A stretch of DNA of 10,328 nt. It comes from Marine Group I thaumarchaeote (GTDB lineage Archaea > Thermoproteota > Nitrososphaeria > Nitrososphaerales > Nitrosopumilaceae). Positions 7,431 to 10,328 of the stretch are shown piece by piece (the first letter of the stretch is position 1; each line of letters begins with the position of its first letter). The DNA lies in NCBI GenBank assembly GCA_044358425.1, contig CP054849.1:772506-782833 (forward strand), given 5' to 3'. The translations under genes and the position numbers were made by a program. Under the pieces are notes generated by a model. The model was not told where the DNA came from. It saw only the letters and a list, made by a program, of their open reading frames with translations, and searched no databases.

Positions 7431-7547
7431 TTAATGCTTGTGATTTTTGATACAACTATCGCAATATTCATTTCCGCATGTATCACAAGAAATTAGCTGT
7501 CCTGGCCTATATCCTGTAAAACATTCATCACAACTTGTGCCATTCAT
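7431..7547 (-). CDS. Small Cys/His-rich zinc-finger microprotein (38 aa), B-box/AN1-like ligand spacing
   Basis: Not in the ORF track. Translation: MNGTSCDECFTGYRPGQLISCDTCGNEYCDSCIKNHKH*, i.e. C-x2-C-x11-C-x2-C-x4-C-x2-C-x3-H-x-H. A TATA box TTTTTAAA at 7576-7569 ends 21 nt before the ATG. Same strand as its neighbours. Confidence 0.75.
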   Translation of the reverse strand: MNGTSCDECFTGYRPGQLISCDTCGNEYCDSCIKNHKH

Positions 7548-7621
7548 AGAAAAATTTAGAAGTATAATTTTAAAAAGATATCACTATTTGAGACTGAATT
7601 TAGGCATATTTTGAAATAAAA

Positions 7622-8374
7622 TCATGGAAATTTTTTCAATACAGAGACATAACTTGCAAATCTATGATTTTTTGGTTTCAGTAAAATCTGTTTATATTTT
7701 GAAATTGGTTTTCCAATTGACCCATTTAGTCCCAATGGACCATTAACAAATTTTTCTTTATCTGCCCAGCCTAAAACCTCATCAGAGGGAGCATAATGGT
7801 TAACAATTTTTTTATTAACAATATTTTGAAGAATCTTTCCATACTTTTTTGATGATGGAACGTCTTTAGTGATAGATGCACCAAAAAAATATACACCCTC
7901 AACAATTCCAGTATTGTTTTTCTTTTTTGCAAGATATTCCAATGTACTCAAAATAACTTGAGTACCAAGAGAGTGTCCAATTAAACGAATTTTTGTAGTA
8001 GGACTATATGATTTAAAATCCTCAATAAATTTTCCCAAGTTACGTCCATTTTTCTTTGCAATGACTTGACCTGCAGTTAATGATCTTTTTGCATATTTCA
8101 TTAAATGAGCACCAGTAGTGTTTGAGTCATAACTATATCCAATTACAGGATAAGAGTATCCCAATTTTTTTAGTTTATTTTTTGCCAAAACAACTTTTGC
8201 AATTGCACCAGCATTATCATTTCTTAATCCATGAATCATTATTGTTAATTCCTTAGAATCAACTAATTTTTTAAAATCTTGTTTTGGATATAGATAGTAT
8301 GAATTATTTTTGATAGTTTTTCCATTTAGTAAATTATAGTATCCACGAGTTGAAATTCGGGGGACAGGTTTCAT
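7622..8374 (-). CDS. Alpha/beta-fold serine hydrolase (DUF900/DUF726-like putative esterase/lipase)
   Basis: Oxyanion region MIHGL, nucleophile elbow LIGHSLG (GxSxG), acid candidate SDEVL, His candidate KNHRF. Lys-rich, with no obvious signal peptide. Starts 2 nt after the metG stop. Confidence 0.8.
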   Translation of the reverse strand: MKPVPRISTRGYYNLLNGKTIKNNSYYLYPKQDFKKLVDSKELTIMIHGLRNDNAGAIAKVVLAKNKLKKLGYSYPVIGYSYDSNTTGAHLMKYAKRSLTAGQVIAKKNGRNLGKFIEDFKSYSPTTKIRLIGHSLGTQVILSTLEYLAKKKNNTGIVEGVYFFGASITKDVPSSKKYGKILQNIVNKKIVNHYAPSDEVLGWADKEKFVNGPLGLNGSIGKPISKYKQILLKPKNHRFASYVSVLKKFP

Positions 8375-8376
8375 AT

Positions 8377-10032
8377 TTACTCAGAGGGTCCTAATTCTTT
8401 TTTGTATTTTTCAATATCAGATTTTTCAATTCTGGCAAATAATGGAGAAGCATCGCCAAGTTCATGTCCAAATGAAATACTCAATTCAGACTGGGATGAC
8501 CACAAAACATCAGCCACATTTCCATTTAACCCTAATTGAACCCATATTTTTTGGGCAGATTCAGGCATAAATGGAAAGATTGCAATGGCAAAACTCCTAA
8601 CAGCATTTACAGATAGATATACACAATTTGTAGTTCCAGGACCATTTTTCCAAGGCTCCTTGTGTTGAAAATACTGATTGAAAAATGAAGAAACCTCCAT
8701 TATTTTCTTTAATGCCCTATCCAAATGATTTTGTTCCATTAAAGTAGAAATGTCAGTAGCAAGGGATTTTATTTTTTGTTCTGCTTCAGAATCTTTTTCA
8801 TCAAATGATTCAGTTTCAGGAATTTTTCCATCAAATGATTTTTTTGTAAATCCTAAAGCACGATTAACAAAATTTCCCAGATTGCCAATTAATTCTGAGT
8901 TTATTCTAGTTGTAAAATCATCCCAGTCAAAATTCAAATCATCTTGAGAATAAGGATTAATAGAGACAAGATAAAATCTCAAATAATCAGCAGGATAGTA
9001 CTGCAAAAATTGTTTTAATCCAATATACCAATTTCTACTCTTGGATATTTTTTTTCCTTGAAGTGTAAGATGACCTCTAGTTGGAATGTAGGTGGGTAGT
9101 TTGAATTCTTTATTGATTCCCAATCTCATTGCAGGTAAGAATAGATAATGATGATATACAATATCCTTTCCAATAAAATGATAAATGTCTGCAGAGTTCC
9201 AAAACTCTTTACCATTAATTCCTTTATCATTTAGAAATTTTAATGCAGTTGAAATGTATGCAAGGTGATTATCAAACCATCCATAGAATACCTTGCCATC
9301 TGCACCATCAAGTGGAACTGGAACACCCCATGGAATATCTCGAGTTATATCCCAATCAATTAATCCCGATTTAATCCAGTTTTGAACATATTTTTTGACA
9401 TCCTTTTGAAGAGTAGAAGTTTGTTCCAACCATTCAGATAATGAATCACCAAAATTTTTGAGTTTGAAAAAATAATGATTAGTTTTTTCCTTTGTAGGAG
9501 TTTGGCCACAAAGAGAGCATTTTGGATCAGTTATCTCCTCAGGAACACGCCCACAACTCTCACATAAATCAGAATATTGATCCTCAGCCTTGCAATGAGG
9601 GCAAATCCCTTTAACATATCTGTCAGGAAGGAATTTTTTATCATTATTGCAATAAAATTGAATTATTTCCTTTTCATAAATGTGACCAGCGTCATTTAAT
9701 TTCTTAAAAACATCTTGTACAAATTCAATATTTTCTGAAGAACTTGTTTTGTAGAAATAATCAAAATTAATTCCAAATGCAGTAAAATCATCATAATCAC
9801 GTTTGTTCCAATGAGCAACATAATCAGCAGGAGTTTTACCTTCTTTTTCAGACTGGATTAAGATAGGAGTTCCAAAATCGTCAGATGCACAGACATAGTA
9901 TGCTTCAACACCATTTTGTTTTAGAAATCTTGTAGTTACATCTGCAGGGAGATATGTAGATGCAACATGACCCAAATGGATCTCACCATTTGCATAGGGT
10001 AATGCACTTGTAATTATAGCTCTATTATTCAT
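8377..10032 (-). CDS. metG: Methionyl-tRNA synthetase (551 aa from the ATG at 10032)
   Basis: ITSALPYANG, HIGH motif HLGH, zinc knuckles (CPHC, CESC, CSLC), DWDITRD, YGWFD, HFIGKDIV, KMSKS motif KISKS, anticodon-binding KEPW. The ATG at 10032 (MNNRAIITSALPY) is preferred over the TTG at 10077 used in the track because homologues begin a few residues before TxALPY. No fused C-terminal tRNA-binding OB domain. Confidence 0.96.
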   Translation of the reverse strand: MNNRAIITSALPYANGEIHLGHVASTYLPADVTTRFLKQNGVEAYYVCASDDFGTPILIQSEKEGKTPADYVAHWNKRDYDDFTAFGINFDYFYKTSSSENIEFVQDVFKKLNDAGHIYEKEIIQFYCNNDKKFLPDRYVKGICPHCKAEDQYSDLCESCGRVPEEITDPKCSLCGQTPTKEKTNHYFFKLKNFGDSLSEWLEQTSTLQKDVKKYVQNWIKSGLIDWDITRDIPWGVPVPLDGADGKVFYGWFDNHLAYISTALKFLNDKGINGKEFWNSADIYHFIGKDIVYHHYLFLPAMRLGINKEFKLPTYIPTRGHLTLQGKKISKSRNWYIGLKQFLQYYPADYLRFYLVSINPYSQDDLNFDWDDFTTRINSELIGNLGNFVNRALGFTKKSFDGKIPETESFDEKDSEAEQKIKSLATDISTLMEQNHLDRALKKIMEVSSFFNQYFQHKEPWKNGPGTTNCVYLSVNAVRSFAIAIFPFMPESAQKIWVQLGLNGNVADVLWSSQSELSISFGHELGDASPLFARIEKSDIEKYKKELGPSE

Positions 10033-10123
10033 TATACAGTTCTTAAAAGTAAAATCGGAGTTAAGAAGTTTTACCAAATTTTGATCATGTTATTAAATAT
10101 CCTCAGGCGCATATGTTCTATTA

Positions 10124-10328
10124 GTGAAGAAACCAAACAAAGTATCCAATACAGCAGATTCATTAGCTGAAAATGTTCATCGCCATGCTAATTGGTTAGA
10201 TAAACTACGTCAAAGAGCAAAGAGAGAATTAACTCCTAAGATGTTTGAAATGTTTGCAAAATATGATGAGGATTTAGTAATGTCAGCTGTCGCAAGTTCA
10301 ACAAGACATACTGCTCTAAGTAAATTCC
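10124..10328 (+). CDS. 5' part of an ORF; probable N-terminal domain of a tyrosine recombinase/integrase
   Basis: Not in the ORF track. GTG at 10124 opens 68 codons running to the window edge: MKKPNKVSNTADSLAENVHRHANWLDKLRQRAKRELTPKMFEMFAKYDEDLVMSAVASSTRHTALSKF. TATA-like TTAAATAT at 10093-10100. The ELT...F.KY...LV..AVA.STR..AL pattern resembles the core-binding N-terminus of archaeal integrases, but the catalytic R-H-R-Y residues are outside the window. The CDS is more certain than the product call. Confidence 0.55.
   Translation, partial: MKKPNKVSNTADSLAENVHRHANWLDKLRQRAKRELTPKMFEMFAKYDEDLVMSAVASSTRHTALSKF

Noticed and set aside
7584-7607. Mini-ORF MPKFSLK on the minus strand
   Set aside because: Seven codons with no promoter or motif; expected by chance.
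7556-7624. Selenocysteine read-through of the hydrolase TGA, given the nearby SelB-like gene
   Set aside because: Read-through adds only 21 codons before a TAA and is out of frame with the 38-aa ORF. No SECIS-like hairpin was seen, and aSelBL lacks the SECIS-related domain IV.
8750-8947. 65-aa + strand ORF
   Set aside because: Antisense shadow of metG.
9640-9651. CNND in place of CxxC in the first MetRS knuckle
   Set aside because: Knuckle ligand variation is well known among MetRS families, and the other three CxxC motifs are intact.
10033-10077. 15-aa N-terminal extension of MetRS from TTG 10077
   Set aside because: Not MetRS-like and overlaps the likely promoter region; the ATG at 10032 fits homologues.
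1-10328. tRNA, rRNA, CRISPR array or IS element
   Set aside because: Intergenic gaps are short and AT-rich; no cloverleaf, regularly spaced repeats, terminal inverted repeats or transposase motifs were seen.

Overview
AT-rich (roughly 30% GC by eye) archaeal window, most likely from a marine ammonia-oxidising archaeon (Nitrosopumilaceae, Nitrososphaerota/Thaumarchaeota). The evidence is an archaeal TFB, Alba, an aSelBL factor, a split methylmalonyl-CoA mutase with MeaB, and TATA boxes about 21-24 nt ahead of the start codons. Gene order: meaB (5' part, -), membrane-anchored hypothetical (-), M1 aminopeptidase (-), tfb and alba as a two-gene unit (-), B12-binding subunit of methylmalonyl-CoA mutase (+), ilvC (-), an unannotated 39-aa Cys-rich zinc-ribbon microprotein (-), SelB/EF-Tu-like aSelBL (-), an unannotated 38-aa B-box-like Cys6His2 microprotein (-), alpha/beta hydrolase (-), metG (-), and the N-terminus of a probable tyrosine integrase (+) at the right edge. 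Most of it is core genome. The most interesting points are the two zinc-finger microproteins flanking aSelBL inside a metG-anchored cluster, the alba-tfb unit with a palindromic GATC-rich upstream element inside a carbon-fixation gene cluster, and a possible island boundary next to metG. No rRNA, tRNA or CRISPR array was seen.
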